Shown: in pieces, positions 28,439-38,242 of the stretch
How the letters are laid out: every line of letters starts with the position of its first letter
Numbering within the stretch: position 1 is the stretch's first letter
Assembly: GCA_020846535.1 (NCBI GenBank)
Contig: JADLDR010000140.1
Coordinates: 14,253 to 78,252 of the forward strand
Direction: 5' to 3'
DNA: 64,000 nucleotides
Source: Armatimonadota bacterium
GTDB lineage: Bacteria; Armatimonadota; JADLDR01
Made by a program: the position numbers and the translations under genes
Notes under the pieces: model-generated
What the model was told of the DNA's origin: nothing
Databases searched by the model: none
Seen by the model: only the letters and a program-made list of their open reading frames with translations

Positions 28439-29785
28439 ATGGCCCGGCAAGGGCAGACATGCGGCATGGCGAAAGACCTGGGGACCGGCCTGATCCTGCG
28501 CCGGACTTCGCAGGCGGATATGGACGAGGTTGCGGCCCTGAACGGAGAAGTCTTCGGCAACCCGGATTCGGGCGATCCCAGAGAAGGCATCGAGGCGTGG
28601 ACGCGGGATCTGATGTGCGGATGCCACCCCACATTCCGGCCGGACGACTTTTTCGTGGTCGAGGATACGGATGCCGGAAAAATAGTGTCCTCTCTGAACT
28701 TGATTTCCCAGCGGTGGCGCTACGGAGGCGTGGAGTTCGGGGTGGGCAGGCCGGAACTGGTGGCGACCCTGCCGGACTACCGGCGGCGGGGGCTGGTCCG
28801 CGCCCTTTTCAATGCGATCCATGAGGTTAGCGCGGAGCGTGGTGAAATGGCGCAGGCGATCACCGGCATTCCCTGGTTTTATCGCCAGTTCGGGTACGAG
28901 ATGGGCCTGGAACTACACGGCGGGCGGATGGGCTACCCGGCCAATGTCCCCAAGCTAAAGGATGGCGAGGCCGACCCCTACTGCCTGCGCCCGGCGGAAG
29001 AAGCCGACCTGCCCTTCATCGCCCGCCTGTATGAGCGGGGATGCTCCCGCTCGCTGTATTCCTGCATCCGCGATGAGGCCATGTGGCGCTACGAGCTTCA
29101 GGGCCGCAACCCCAAGAGCGTATGCCACCAGGAACTCCGCGTCATCCAAAACGCGGAAGGAAAGCCAGTCGGTTTCCTGGCCTACTCGCGGATGATGTGG
29201 GGCCAGACTCTGAAGGCTTCTTATTACGAGCTTGAATCGGGCACCTCCTGGCTGGCCGTAACGCCTAGCGTGGTCCGCTATCTGGCGGATACGGGATCCG
29301 GTTATGCCCGCGAGAAGGGCGGTGAGCTTGCGGGCTTCGGTTTCGACCTCGGCACGCAGCACCCGGTCTACCAGGTGATGCCCCATAGCCTCCCCTGCGC
29401 CAACGCTCCTTACGCCTGGTACGTGCGCGTTCCCGACCTGCCTGGCTTTATCCGTCTGATCTCGCCCGTGCTGGAGGAACGCCTGACCCGTTCGGCGGCG
29501 GTCGGCTATTCCGGCGAAATGAAGCTCAGCTTCTATCGGGACGGCCTGCGCCTGGTCTGGGAGAACGGCAGCCTGACCGCCATCGAAAGCTGGAAGCATG
29601 GCCCCGGGGATGAGGGCCATGCTGCCTTTCCGGACCTCACCTTCCTTCAGCTTCTCTTCGGCTACCGTGACCTGGACGAACTGGATAACGCCTTCGCCGA
29701 CTGCATGGCCTGGCACGAAGCCGTCCGCGTCGTCCTGAAGATCATCTTTCCCAAACAGGGATCCAATGTCTGGTGCTGGGCGTAG
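28439..29785 (+). CDS. GNAT-family N-acetyltransferase, multi-domain (Eis-like architecture)
   Basis: GAGGTGA upstream of ATG 28439. The acetyl-CoA site is LPDYRRRGLVRALFNAI. A long C-terminal extension resembles the extra domains of Eis-type GNATs. Confidence 0.7.
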   Translation: MARQGQTCGMAKDLGTGLILRRTSQADMDEVAALNGEVFGNPDSGDPREGIEAWTRDLMCGCHPTFRPDDFFVVEDTDAGKIVSSLNLISQRWRYGGVEFGVGRPELVATLPDYRRRGLVRALFNAIHEVSAERGEMAQAITGIPWFYRQFGYEMGLELHGGRMGYPANVPKLKDGEADPYCLRPAEEADLPFIARLYERGCSRSLYSCIRDEAMWRYELQGRNPKSVCHQELRVIQNAEGKPVGFLAYSRMMWGQTLKASYYELESGTSWLAVTPSVVRYLADTGSGYAREKGGELAGFGFDLGTQHPVYQVMPHSLPCANAPYAWYVRVPDLPGFIRLISPVLEERLTRSAAVGYSGEMKLSFYRDGLRLVWENGSLTAIESWKHGPGDEGHAAFPDLTFLQLLFGYRDLDELDNAFADCMAWHEAVRVVLKIIFPKQGSNVWCWA

Positions 29786-29810
29786 GAGCGATTCGCCTGA
29801 TATGACTCTT

Positions 29811-29910
29811 CAGGGCTTTCATTGTCGATGCAGTCAGCGAGGAGCGTAAGCGACGAAGCCATCTCCAGGCCATAAGTCGATGCATTATTGTCAATCAAGT
29901 GAAAGCCCTG
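29811..29910. repeat. Palindromic intergenic element family, copy lacking the right inner arm
   Basis: Outer arms are CAGGGCTTTCAT ... GTGAAAGCCCTG. They enclose GTCGATGCAGTCAGCGAGGAGCGTAAGCGACGAAGCCATCTCCAGG. Confidence 0.8.
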
Positions 29911-29991
29911 CTCTTGTTAAAATCCGTCAAAAATGTTAAAATAAAGCCTGATGGTTGCTTTTGCCCCCTGCCTTTCTTTTGGAGGTAACAG

Positions 29992-31677
29992 ATGCGTATC
30001 GGATTTAAGGCTATCCTTTTGCCGATTCTGGCGGCAGCCATGCTCTCTCTGGTCGGCTGCGGAGGGGGCGGAAGCGATTCCTCCGGCCCGGCGGGAGGCG
30101 CGGGCCGGATCGTTGGGACGGCGCACGAGACTTCTCTGGCCGATAGCAGCCGCGCCGCGGGCGATCTGATCTCCCTGAATGTCCAGGGAACGTCCCTCAA
30201 GACAGTGGCCGCCGCCAACGGGCAGTTCGCGCTGGAGAACGTTCCTGCCGGGCTGCATACCCTGGTGGCCCGCACGGCCCGCCGCGCTCTGGCCTTGGTG
30301 GTGCGCGTTCAGGCCGGGCAGGATACATCCGTCGGCGAGATCGTGCTTCAGGAGGCGGGCCAGATCAGCGGCCTGGTGACCGCCGCAGGGACACGCGAAC
30401 CGATAGCGGGCGCGATGATCACTGTCACCCAGATCGTGCCGGAGAACCCGGATGATCAGATGCCCTGCCCGGTCTACCTCGAATACACCAACCCGCAGGG
30501 CAGCTACACCGTATCGGGCCTGCCGGTCGGCGATTACCTGGTCCATATCTCCGCGGACGGCTATTCCACCGAATCCCTGAAGATCTCCGTGGCGGCTGGC
30601 GTCACCACTCCGGGCGACGCGCAGCTTTCCCCGGCGGCTCCCGTGGAAAAGGGATCGCTCACAGGTAAGGTTTTCCTCAAAACGGATGACGGCGACATCC
30701 AGCCCCTGGAGGGCGCACTTGTCCGTCTGGCCCTGTCGGATTATCCCTATCTGCTCCGGCCCATGCCCGCCCTTGCCACCGATGAAAAAGGCGATTCCGT
30801 TCCCATGTACCCGGGGGCCCGCCCGGATATCGCGCCCGAAATCTACACCTTCAGCGATAAGGACGGGAAATACACTCTGGAAGGCGTTCCCGTCGGCAAA
30901 TATGTCGCTGTTGCTGTCCGGCCCGGCCTGGAACCGGCCCAGCAGGAAGTCACCATTGCGGCCAATGCCACCGCAACGGCGGACTTTACCCTGACCCTTC
31001 GCAAGCCGGATGCGGGCATCGTGGAGGGCACGGTCATCGGGGAGGCCGACGGCAAGCCGGTGGCGGGCGCGATGGTCAGCGCCATCATCTATGGCCCGCC
31101 GCCGATGATGGACGGCAAGCGAGGGGCTTCCGGCTCCGGCCAGGGCAGCAGCCCCGGCGGAATGATGATCGCTCCCGGCGAGTACGAGCTTTTCGCCGTC
31201 ACCGATGAGGCGGGCCGCTACCGGCTTCTGCTTCCTCCGGCAGTCACCGCCATCGGCGTCTATGCCGAAGGCTTCGAGCCTCAGGAATTGCCTGTCACGG
31301 TAACGACCGGTGGTTCCACGACTGTCGACGTCAGGCTGAAAGCCCTCAGCAATGAGGAAGTCCCTCTGAGCGGCGCGGTCTACACGGCGAACGAGCAGGG
31401 TGTCAAATCCCCTGTCCAGGACGCCACCGTTTACGCGGGCTACTACAGCACCGACCCAGATATCGCTCTGCCTGCGGTCGTCTTCAAGGCCAAAAGCGAT
31501 GCGGAGGGCAAATATCGCCTTCCCCTGCGCCCCGGCGTCTATTTCGCTTATGCCGTCAAGGATGACCTACGCTCCGATATCGTTTACCTGAAAGTCTACC
31601 AGGCAACTTCTCAGGATTTCCTCCTCCAACCCGGCGAACTCCCCCCGCCTATCCCTATGGGCAAGCCCCGCAAATAA
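29992..31677 (+). CDS. Lipoprotein with tandem carboxypeptidase-regulatory-like (beta-sandwich) domains
   Basis: GGAGG ribosome-binding site and lipobox LSLVGC. Repeated roughly 80-aa modules contain G-x-V..P-I/V-A-GA-x-V and G-x-Y-x-L-x-L/V-P-x-G-x-Y patterns. Confidence 0.7.
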   Translation: MRIGFKAILLPILAAAMLSLVGCGGGGSDSSGPAGGAGRIVGTAHETSLADSSRAAGDLISLNVQGTSLKTVAAANGQFALENVPAGLHTLVARTARRALALVVRVQAGQDTSVGEIVLQEAGQISGLVTAAGTREPIAGAMITVTQIVPENPDDQMPCPVYLEYTNPQGSYTVSGLPVGDYLVHISADGYSTESLKISVAAGVTTPGDAQLSPAAPVEKGSLTGKVFLKTDDGDIQPLEGALVRLALSDYPYLLRPMPALATDEKGDSVPMYPGARPDIAPEIYTFSDKDGKYTLEGVPVGKYVAVAVRPGLEPAQQEVTIAANATATADFTLTLRKPDAGIVEGTVIGEADGKPVAGAMVSAIIYGPPPMMDGKRGASGSGQGSSPGGMMIAPGEYELFAVTDEAGRYRLLLPPAVTAIGVYAEGFEPQELPVTVTTGGSTTVDVRLKALSNEEVPLSGAVYTANEQGVKSPVQDATVYAGYYSTDPDIALPAVVFKAKSDAEGKYRLPLRPGVYFAYAVKDDLRSDIVYLKVYQATSQDFLLQPGELPPPIPMGKPRK

Positions 31678-31685
31678 CCAATCGG

Positions 31686-31715
31686 GCGGCCTGGTTTCAG
31701 GCCGCCTTTTTCTTT
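31686..31715 (+). terminator. Rho-independent terminator
   Basis: GGCGGCCTG, loop GTTT, CAGGCCGCC, followed by TTTTTCTTT. It begins 9 nt after the stop codon. Confidence 0.8.
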
Positions 31716-31875
31716 GCCAGAATTTTTCCATCGCAGACGGCATCCATAAGGTCTTATTTACGCAAAAGGACACCTCCCCGCTGCATCGAATGCCTTTATG
31801 GAAGCCGGGATAAGCGCCGGAAGGCCTGGCTTTGCGCCCTTTTTCGTTGTTCTTACAACGCTATTGGAGGCCGAT

Positions 31876-33042
31876 ATGATCTGCCGTTCTACCCTTTTGA
31901 GCCTGAGTTATCTTCTGCTGGCTCAATCGCTTGCCGCTGCCGAACTGCCTGTGATTCAGGCGCGGTCGGGCCTGGGCAACCTGTTCTCCCGCCTGAAAAG
32001 CGGCCAGCCGACCACCATCGCCTACCTCGGCGGGTCGATTACGGCGGGAGGAGGGGCCAGCCACCCGTCCAAAACGTGGCGGCTGCTCTCCCTGGAATGG
32101 TTCCGGAAGGAGTTTCCAGAGGTGAATCTCACCGAAGCGGATGCCTCCATCGGAGGAACCGGGTCCACTCTGGCCGCCTTCCGGCTGCGAAAAGATGCCT
32201 TGTCCGCCAGGCCGCACCTGGTCTTCGTGGAGTTCGCCGTCAATGACACCGGCACGCCCAATCCTTTGATCGACCGGGCTATGGAAGGGATCGTCCGCCA
32301 GATATGGAAAGCGAATCGGGCCGCCGATATCTGTTTTATCTATACCCTCGCCGATAGCTTCTTACCCGGTCTCAAGGAAAACCGGCTGCCCCAGGCTATG
32401 GCCCGCCATGAAAAGCTTGCTGCCTATTACGGCATCCCCTCTGTCAATGTCGCTCTGGCCGTCGGACGCAGGCTGATCGCCGGCGAAATGCCCTGGAGCG
32501 ACTTTTCCAAGGACTCCTGCCACCCGACCGATGTGGGCTATGAGATCTTTGCAGACGCGATCACCGGCTTTCTGGCTTCCCAGAGAAACGCGGCGGCCAG
32601 GCCGCACCGCCTCAAGAAAGCGGCCACTCCCGACTGCTGGGAGAATGCTCGCCTCCTCGACGCCTGGGATACCCGGCACGATTCCGGCTGGCGAAAAGAC
32701 GACCGGCTCTCCCTGGAGCGATTTCCTCATCTTCTGGTCACCGACCGCCCCGATGCGGAATTGTCCTTCGAATTCGAAGGGGACACGCTGGGAGGATACT
32801 ACTATCTCGGTCAGGACACCGGCATGTTCGCAATCAGCATCGACGGAAAGCCCTGGGAGGAGATCAACCCCTTCGACCAGTGGGCAGCCCAATTTGCCCG
32901 CCCGCACTACCGCTTCTTTGCCACCGATCTTGCGCCCGGCAATCACACCTGCCGCATCAAAACCCTCTCCCGAAAAGACGAACGAAGCCTGGGAACCTGG
33001 ACGCGGCTGGGCTATTTCCTGGTGAATGGAGGAACCCGTTAA
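31876..33042 (+). CDS. SGNH/GDSL-type hydrolase (esterase) with an extra C-terminal beta domain
   Basis: Trimmed to ATG 31876 (GGAGG upstream), with a signal peptide. Block I variant AYLGGSITAGGGAS, then FVEFAVND, then block V DSCHP. Confidence 0.75.
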   Translation: MICRSTLLSLSYLLLAQSLAAAELPVIQARSGLGNLFSRLKSGQPTTIAYLGGSITAGGGASHPSKTWRLLSLEWFRKEFPEVNLTEADASIGGTGSTLAAFRLRKDALSARPHLVFVEFAVNDTGTPNPLIDRAMEGIVRQIWKANRAADICFIYTLADSFLPGLKENRLPQAMARHEKLAAYYGIPSVNVALAVGRRLIAGEMPWSDFSKDSCHPTDVGYEIFADAITGFLASQRNAAARPHRLKKAATPDCWENARLLDAWDTRHDSGWRKDDRLSLERFPHLLVTDRPDAELSFEFEGDTLGGYYYLGQDTGMFAISIDGKPWEEINPFDQWAAQFARPHYRFFATDLAPGNHTCRIKTLSRKDERSLGTWTRLGYFLVNGGTR

Positions 33043-33072
33043 GCCGATGATGTCTCTGCATTTATCTTTTAT

Positions 33073-33216
33073 AGGGCTTTCGCTTGGCTCTACAAGCAGG
33101 GGTGTATCGATCAGCCTGCGAGGAGCGCAAGCGACCAAGCCATCTCCAGGCTCAGGTCCAAAACGAGATTGCCGCGTCGCTGCGCTCCTCACAATGACAG
33201 GCAAGCGAAAGTCCTG
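33073..33216. repeat. Palindromic intergenic element family, complete nested copy (outer and inner arms)
   Basis: Outer arms AGGGCTTTCGCTTG / CAAGCGAAAGTCCTG. Inner arms CTGCGAGGAGCGCAAGCGACCAAGCCATCTCCAGG / GAGATTGCCGCGTCGCTGCGCTCCTCACAATGAC. Confidence 0.85.
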
Positions 33217-33274
33217 TTTTAACAGGATTTGCGCTCGAACGCTTTTTCGCAGGCAAGAAGGCCATCGTGCCTAT

Positions 33275-35581
33275 ATGGGTATCTTGCCCGCAGCCCTTCT
33301 TGCATTTCTTTCCCTCCCCCTGTGTCTGTCTGCTTCACCTTTTCCTGCCGCCCGGGTGGAGGCGATCTCCGGCAACTCGCTTGGATGGGGAACATCCGGG
33401 CATCTTCCGGTGAGATCCGTGGGCTTTCAGGCGTTCTGTGCGGAGGGCGCGCTGGCCTTCCGCACTGATACGATTGCCCGCATCGAGCAGCAGGCGGACG
33501 GCCAGCGAATCTATTTCAACCTCTCCGGCCCTGCCTGCGGGCAGGCGGAGGTAGAAGCGGTCGTGCGGCCCGTTCCCCGGGGCGCTCTCCTGCGCTGGAC
33601 GGTGCGCTACAAGGGCGAGGCGAAAGGCTTCTTCCCCTGGCAGACCGGCTTCATTTTCGATTTCGGAGCGCCGGTGGTCTCCGCTTCCTCCGTATCCACC
33701 CGCAAGTGGGTCAAGCCGACCGGGAAATTCGCCTGGGAGGTTCCCGGCGATATGGCCTATCCCGATTTCGAGTGCCAGGTCCGCAAAATCGGCCTGCGCG
33801 GAATGCCTCCGATGGCCCTGGCCACCCGGTGGTACGATGGCGACTGGCTCTACGGCAGCGATATCCGGCGGGCGCGTTTCATCAAAGCCGTTCTTCCCAA
33901 AGACGCTCCTTCCGAAACAACTTTCACCTTCGCTCTTCTGAACGCCCAGAACACGGAACCCGAAGACCTGGCGGCCATCGCCTGTGGCCATCCCCTCTCC
34001 TTCCGCGTGCGGGCTTCCCGCGTCGGCAATTTGTATAAGCCTGGAGAAAAGGCCGCCGCGACTGTAAGAATCGCCAACGTCTCCGATCAGCCCGTCGATT
34101 CGGAACTTGCCTGGCAGGTGCGCGACTATTACGGCGATCTCCTGGCTTCCGGCACAAAGCGGTGGCGGCTGGAGCCGGGCATGGCTACATCCTTTCCGGT
34201 CCGGGCCGCCTACCGGAAGCAGGGCATTCTCTTCACCGTGACCGACCTGTCCGTCGGTCCGTGGACGCGCCAGGAATGGCTGACCGCGGGCTTCCTGCCG
34301 GAGCGGCCCCTGGCCCCGCCCGACACATCTTCTCCTTTCGGCATGGCGGGCTTCATCTCGACCCCTTCCCGATACCCGGACCACCCCAAGCCTGAAACGC
34401 TTCTGCCCCTGGCCCAGCGCATCGGCGTCCGGTGGATTCGCACCGCGCCCTTCCCCGTGCAGGGGACATTCACACCCGAAGAGGAAAAAGGGACCCGCGA
34501 CAAGGTGGCCCTCTACCGCCGCTACGGGATGGCCTTTCACCCGCAGATCGGGGCCGATCTCATGCAGCGGCCCGGCTGGCAGGACGATCTCAGGGTGACT
34601 CTGAAAAAATGGGGATGGGTCAGCGATTATATCGAGTTCGGAAATGAGATGAATCCTCAGAACGCTTCGGCGGAGGGTCTGCGCCGCGCCGGGGCAGATT
34701 ATGTGGAGCGCGTTCTCAAGCCCTTGCACAAGATCATGCGGGAAGCCCACCCGAACGGCAAGGTGCTGAACGCCGGGCTGGGCGGGGTATGGGAACCTTA
34801 CCTGGAAGGCATCGAACAGGCCGGGGGCTTCGGCCTGCTCGATATCCTGTCCGTCCACCCCGGCCTCCAGCCCAAAGCTCCCGAATTTTATGAAGGATGG
34901 AAGGGCTGGGTCTACCGCACCCAGATGGAGGACGCTTTCAAGTTCGCCCGCAGGCACAACAAGCCCGTCTGGATCACTGAGATCTACGCTCCTACCCCGC
35001 CGGACCGTTCGGCGGTCGATCTTCGCACCAGCGCGGATTACCTGGTTCGCATCTACGTCCTGTCGATAGCGATGGGCGTTCAAAATACGGAATGGTATCA
35101 GTTCACCGACGGGGTCTGGTACGCCTTCATTCCGAACCCGCTCGATCCGGAGTATAACTTCGGCATCATCTATACCGACCTCTCCCCCAAACCGGCCTAT
35201 CTCGCCTATGGAGCCATGACCCGGCTTCTGGAAGGCGCTCGCTGCCTCGGCAGGATCAGCCTCGGTGCGGACGACCTCTACCGCGTCCGCTTCCGCAAGG
35301 GGGGCCGCAACATCGATGTCCTCTGGAGCTACCGCGAAAAACACGAAACCGACCTGGCCTGGTGGCCTCCGGAGGAATTCAAGAACAAATCGCGCCGCCC
35401 TGGGATGCCCTGGCAGCCCCGGTGGCGGAAGCCGGTCGCCCTTTCCCTGCCTGCCTCCCGCCCGGCCACCGTCACGGATGTCATGGGCAACAGCCGCACC
35501 GCCAGACCGGTCGGCGGCTCTCTCCGGCTTGAGCTTACCGGCTCGCCGGTTTTTGTGGAAGGGCTGGCAGATGAGCGATAG
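33275..35581 (+). CDS. Exported glycoside hydrolase, clan GH-A (beta/alpha)8 catalytic domain, family not assigned
   Basis: Track ORF 33026.. reads through the repeat, so trimmed to ATG 33275 (MGILPAALLAFLSLPLCLSA). Clan GH-A signatures are YIEFGNEMN (acid/base) and PVWITEIY (nucleophile). Confidence 0.65.
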   Translation: MGILPAALLAFLSLPLCLSASPFPAARVEAISGNSLGWGTSGHLPVRSVGFQAFCAEGALAFRTDTIARIEQQADGQRIYFNLSGPACGQAEVEAVVRPVPRGALLRWTVRYKGEAKGFFPWQTGFIFDFGAPVVSASSVSTRKWVKPTGKFAWEVPGDMAYPDFECQVRKIGLRGMPPMALATRWYDGDWLYGSDIRRARFIKAVLPKDAPSETTFTFALLNAQNTEPEDLAAIACGHPLSFRVRASRVGNLYKPGEKAAATVRIANVSDQPVDSELAWQVRDYYGDLLASGTKRWRLEPGMATSFPVRAAYRKQGILFTVTDLSVGPWTRQEWLTAGFLPERPLAPPDTSSPFGMAGFISTPSRYPDHPKPETLLPLAQRIGVRWIRTAPFPVQGTFTPEEEKGTRDKVALYRRYGMAFHPQIGADLMQRPGWQDDLRVTLKKWGWVSDYIEFGNEMNPQNASAEGLRRAGADYVERVLKPLHKIMREAHPNGKVLNAGLGGVWEPYLEGIEQAGGFGLLDILSVHPGLQPKAPEFYEGWKGWVYRTQMEDAFKFARRHNKPVWITEIYAPTPPDRSAVDLRTSADYLVRIYVLSIAMGVQNTEWYQFTDGVWYAFIPNPLDPEYNFGIIYTDLSPKPAYLAYGAMTRLLEGARCLGRISLGADDLYRVRFRKGGRNIDVLWSYREKHETDLAWWPPEEFKNKSRRPGMPWQPRWRKPVALSLPASRPATVTDVMGNSRTARPVGGSLRLELTGSPVFVEGLADER

Positions 35582-37151
35582 GGAGGGCTATCGCCGTAGG
35601 GGGCGCGCATCGTTGATTTTCATGCTCATGATCCTTACCCTGATCGCCGTATCCGCTTGCGCCGCATACACATTGACCCCGGAGGGCTTCGACCGCCTGG
35701 AAAGCCAGTTGGGGCTGAACCGGACGTTCGAGAAGGCGTCCTCCGATGTGTTCGCCTGGTCGGAGAGCTATATCCTGCGCGGCTATATCGAGATGTACCT
35801 GGCGACAGGCCGCACAGAATATCTCGACCGGCTGGTGCGGATCGGGGATGCCGTCCTGCAAACGCGAGATGACCGGAGGCAGCCCGGGGCCGCCCCTATC
35901 TGGAGCTTGAGCGGGCATTACACGGTCGCAAAGCTGATCTTGAAAGACGAGCAGGGCCGGGACGCCGTTCTTCTTCGCTCGATCCGGTATGCCTACAATA
36001 ATCAGACTATCGTGAAGGCTGTGCCGGGAACCCCTCCCGGCACTTTCCGTCTCAAAACAGAGAATGCCTTCTGGCAGCAATACGGCCCGGCAGAAGCGGT
36101 TTACGACAGCCTGAGCCTGGACACAAAATCTCCGCGCTATTTCGAGAGGGTCATCAATGATCCGATGTATATCGCGGATGAACGCTTCCAGCGGAGCGTC
36201 GGTCCGGAGGAGCCTGCCTCCTTTCTTCTGGTCGCTCTCGACATTCGCAAGCATAAACGCGCATCAGACCGTCTGGCTCCCGTCGGCCCGGCTGCCCTGG
36301 TCCCGGGGACGGTTCGCTACTACGGCTATATCGGCCCGATCTTCGCTCCCCTGACGCGCTTTGCCAGCCTGGTTCTGGAACGGCCCGCGCTGCAAGCCGG
36401 TTACGGGGAGGCCGCCCGACGATACATCCAGGCGGCCCGCGAATCCATCGCCGCCTACGAATCCTGCTGGCGAAAAGGCCCCGGCAGGGAAGAGGGCCAT
36501 TATCTTTTGATCGAAAAAGGAGCCGACTTCTGGTGCGACGGAATCATGGCCCCCTTCAACTATATGTGCAGCACGGCCCAGGTGCTGGCGAACCTGTGGG
36601 ACTGGACGAAAGACCGGCGCATCCTGGACAAAGTGCGGCGTATCGCCCGCCTGCTGAAAAACAACACCATCCTGACGCCGAGAGAGGGGTATGCCTTTCC
36701 TTACTGGTCCCCGACCGGCTACAAAGGATGGTCGAAAAAGGAGCGATTGAGCCTGAACACTCCCTCTTACAGCCCCACTCAGGTAGCCGATGACCTGAGC
36801 CACGGAGCCGCCGCCGTCGAGTTTGCGGCTATGTGCTTCGAGAGAGGCATCGTCTTCGACCGGGCCGATATGGAACGGTTCGCACGCACCTTCACGCGAA
36901 ACCTCTGGCGCGGCGACCCGAAAGGGCTGAACCCGCGGGTGGACGGGAGCGGAGGGCCCGCCTCCGACAGCGTAGCCGCCGCACGGTGGCTCGATCTGGC
37001 CCGCTTCGACCCGCGCATCTTTGAAATAACGCGCTCCATTTGGGAGGCCAACGGATACGACAAGGCCGCCTACGGCCATGCCATCGGCGGCTATGCCCGG
37101 CTCTACCGCTGGCAGGAGGAGCTTCGTGCAAAAAGAGGAGATTCCTGGTGA
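35571..37151 (+). CDS. Membrane-anchored hypothetical protein
   Basis: ATG 35571 overlaps the upstream gene's end by 11 nt. N-terminal TM anchor is SLIFMLMILTLIAVSACAA. Codon usage is consistent over 526 codons. No family recognised. Confidence 0.55.
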   Translation: MSDREGYRRRGRASLIFMLMILTLIAVSACAAYTLTPEGFDRLESQLGLNRTFEKASSDVFAWSESYILRGYIEMYLATGRTEYLDRLVRIGDAVLQTRDDRRQPGAAPIWSLSGHYTVAKLILKDEQGRDAVLLRSIRYAYNNQTIVKAVPGTPPGTFRLKTENAFWQQYGPAEAVYDSLSLDTKSPRYFERVINDPMYIADERFQRSVGPEEPASFLLVALDIRKHKRASDRLAPVGPAALVPGTVRYYGYIGPIFAPLTRFASLVLERPALQAGYGEAARRYIQAARESIAAYESCWRKGPGREEGHYLLIEKGADFWCDGIMAPFNYMCSTAQVLANLWDWTKDRRILDKVRRIARLLKNNTILTPREGYAFPYWSPTGYKGWSKKERLSLNTPSYSPTQVADDLSHGAAAVEFAAMCFERGIVFDRADMERFARTFTRNLWRGDPKGLNPRVDGSGGPASDSVAAARWLDLARFDPRIFEITRSIWEANGYDKAAYGHAIGGYARLYRWQEELRAKRGDSW

Positions 37152-38230
37152 ATATACTATCATTGAGCAGACGAGAACTGCTCGGGCACGCGGGCATGGG
37201 GCTGGCGGCACTGGCCGCCCCCGGCCTGGCAGTCCCGGCAAAAGGAGGCCGTATGGAAGCACTGAAGCACAGGGCGGATTGGATGGCCCGGGGGAAGTTC
37301 GGGATGATGGTTCACTGGCTTGCGCCCGGCCCGGCCCCGGAAAAAGGCGAGTGGGTGCGGGATTTGAACAAAGCCGTTGATGCGTTCAACCTGGACCGTT
37401 TCATGAAGCAGTTCAAGGAGAGCGAGGCCGACTGGCTCCTCTTCACTATCGGCCAGAACACCGGCTACTATTGCAGCCCCAGCGCCACCCTGGACCGGCT
37501 GGTGGGGCCGGGCCACGCCTCCGGGCGCGACCTGATCCTGGAGGCGGCCCGGGCCGTTCACGCGCAGGGGAAGCGATTCATCGCCTACCTGCCCGCCGAG
37601 GTGAAGGGGCAGTCGGAGGAAATCCATAAGGGCTTCGCCTGGAATCCCGCCGACCAGTCCGAGTTTCAGAAGCGATATGCCGGCTTCATCCGCGAATACG
37701 CCGAACGGCTGGGCAAGAACCTGGACGGCTGGTGGTTCGATGGCTGCTACACCTGGCCCGATTTCCACAACAGCCTCTACGACTGGCCCCTCTGGGCGGG
37801 CGCTTCGCGGGCGGGCAATCCCGATGCGGCCCTGGCCTTCAACGACGGCTCCTTCTGCATCGCTATCACCAAACCCCTCTCCGCCTATCAGGATTACCTC
37901 TCCGGCGAAGTGGAGGTGCTGAAGGAAGGCAAAGTGCGCCTGGGCCGCGAGGAGGATGGAAGGCTCATCCTGCCCGAGGACCGCTTCGTGGAGGGCACTT
38001 ACTGCCAGTGGCATGCCCTGGCACCGATAGACTGCTTCTGGGGCCACCACACCCTCGGGCCGATGGAGCCGCCCCGCTATTCCAACGAGGACCTGATCGC
38101 CTTCGTCCGGAACTGCCATGCGGTCGGCGGGGCCGTCACCCTGAATGTCGGCATCTACCAGGAAGGCCATATCGCCGAAAAAACCCTGGCCCAGTTGCAG
38201 AAACTCTCCGCCGCGATGAGAAAGGGATAG
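37148..38230 (+). CDS. Tat-signal protein with a GH29 (alpha-L-fucosidase)-like TIM-barrel N-terminal region
   Basis: GTG 37148 overlaps the upstream stop (GTGA), with AGAGGAG upstream. Tat-like leader SRRELLGHAGMGLAALAAPGLA. The run GKFGMMVHW..ADWLLFTIGQNTGYY..GRDLILEAARAVHAQGKRFIAYL parallels GH29 blocks, but HHDGF is not conserved. Confidence 0.4.
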   Translation: MNILSLSRRELLGHAGMGLAALAAPGLAVPAKGGRMEALKHRADWMARGKFGMMVHWLAPGPAPEKGEWVRDLNKAVDAFNLDRFMKQFKESEADWLLFTIGQNTGYYCSPSATLDRLVGPGHASGRDLILEAARAVHAQGKRFIAYLPAEVKGQSEEIHKGFAWNPADQSEFQKRYAGFIREYAERLGKNLDGWWFDGCYTWPDFHNSLYDWPLWAGASRAGNPDAALAFNDGSFCIAITKPLSAYQDYLSGEVEVLKEGKVRLGREEDGRLILPEDRFVEGTYCQWHALAPIDCFWGHHTLGPMEPPRYSNEDLIAFVRNCHAVGGAVTLNVGIYQEGHIAEKTLAQLQKLSAAMRKG

Positions 38231-38242
38231 GCAGCGGAGAGT

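Noticed and set aside
28140-28822. Minus-strand ORFs 28140..28634 and 28340..28822
   Set aside because: They are antisense to the HAD remnant and to the GNAT gene, and both of those carry family motifs on the plus strand.
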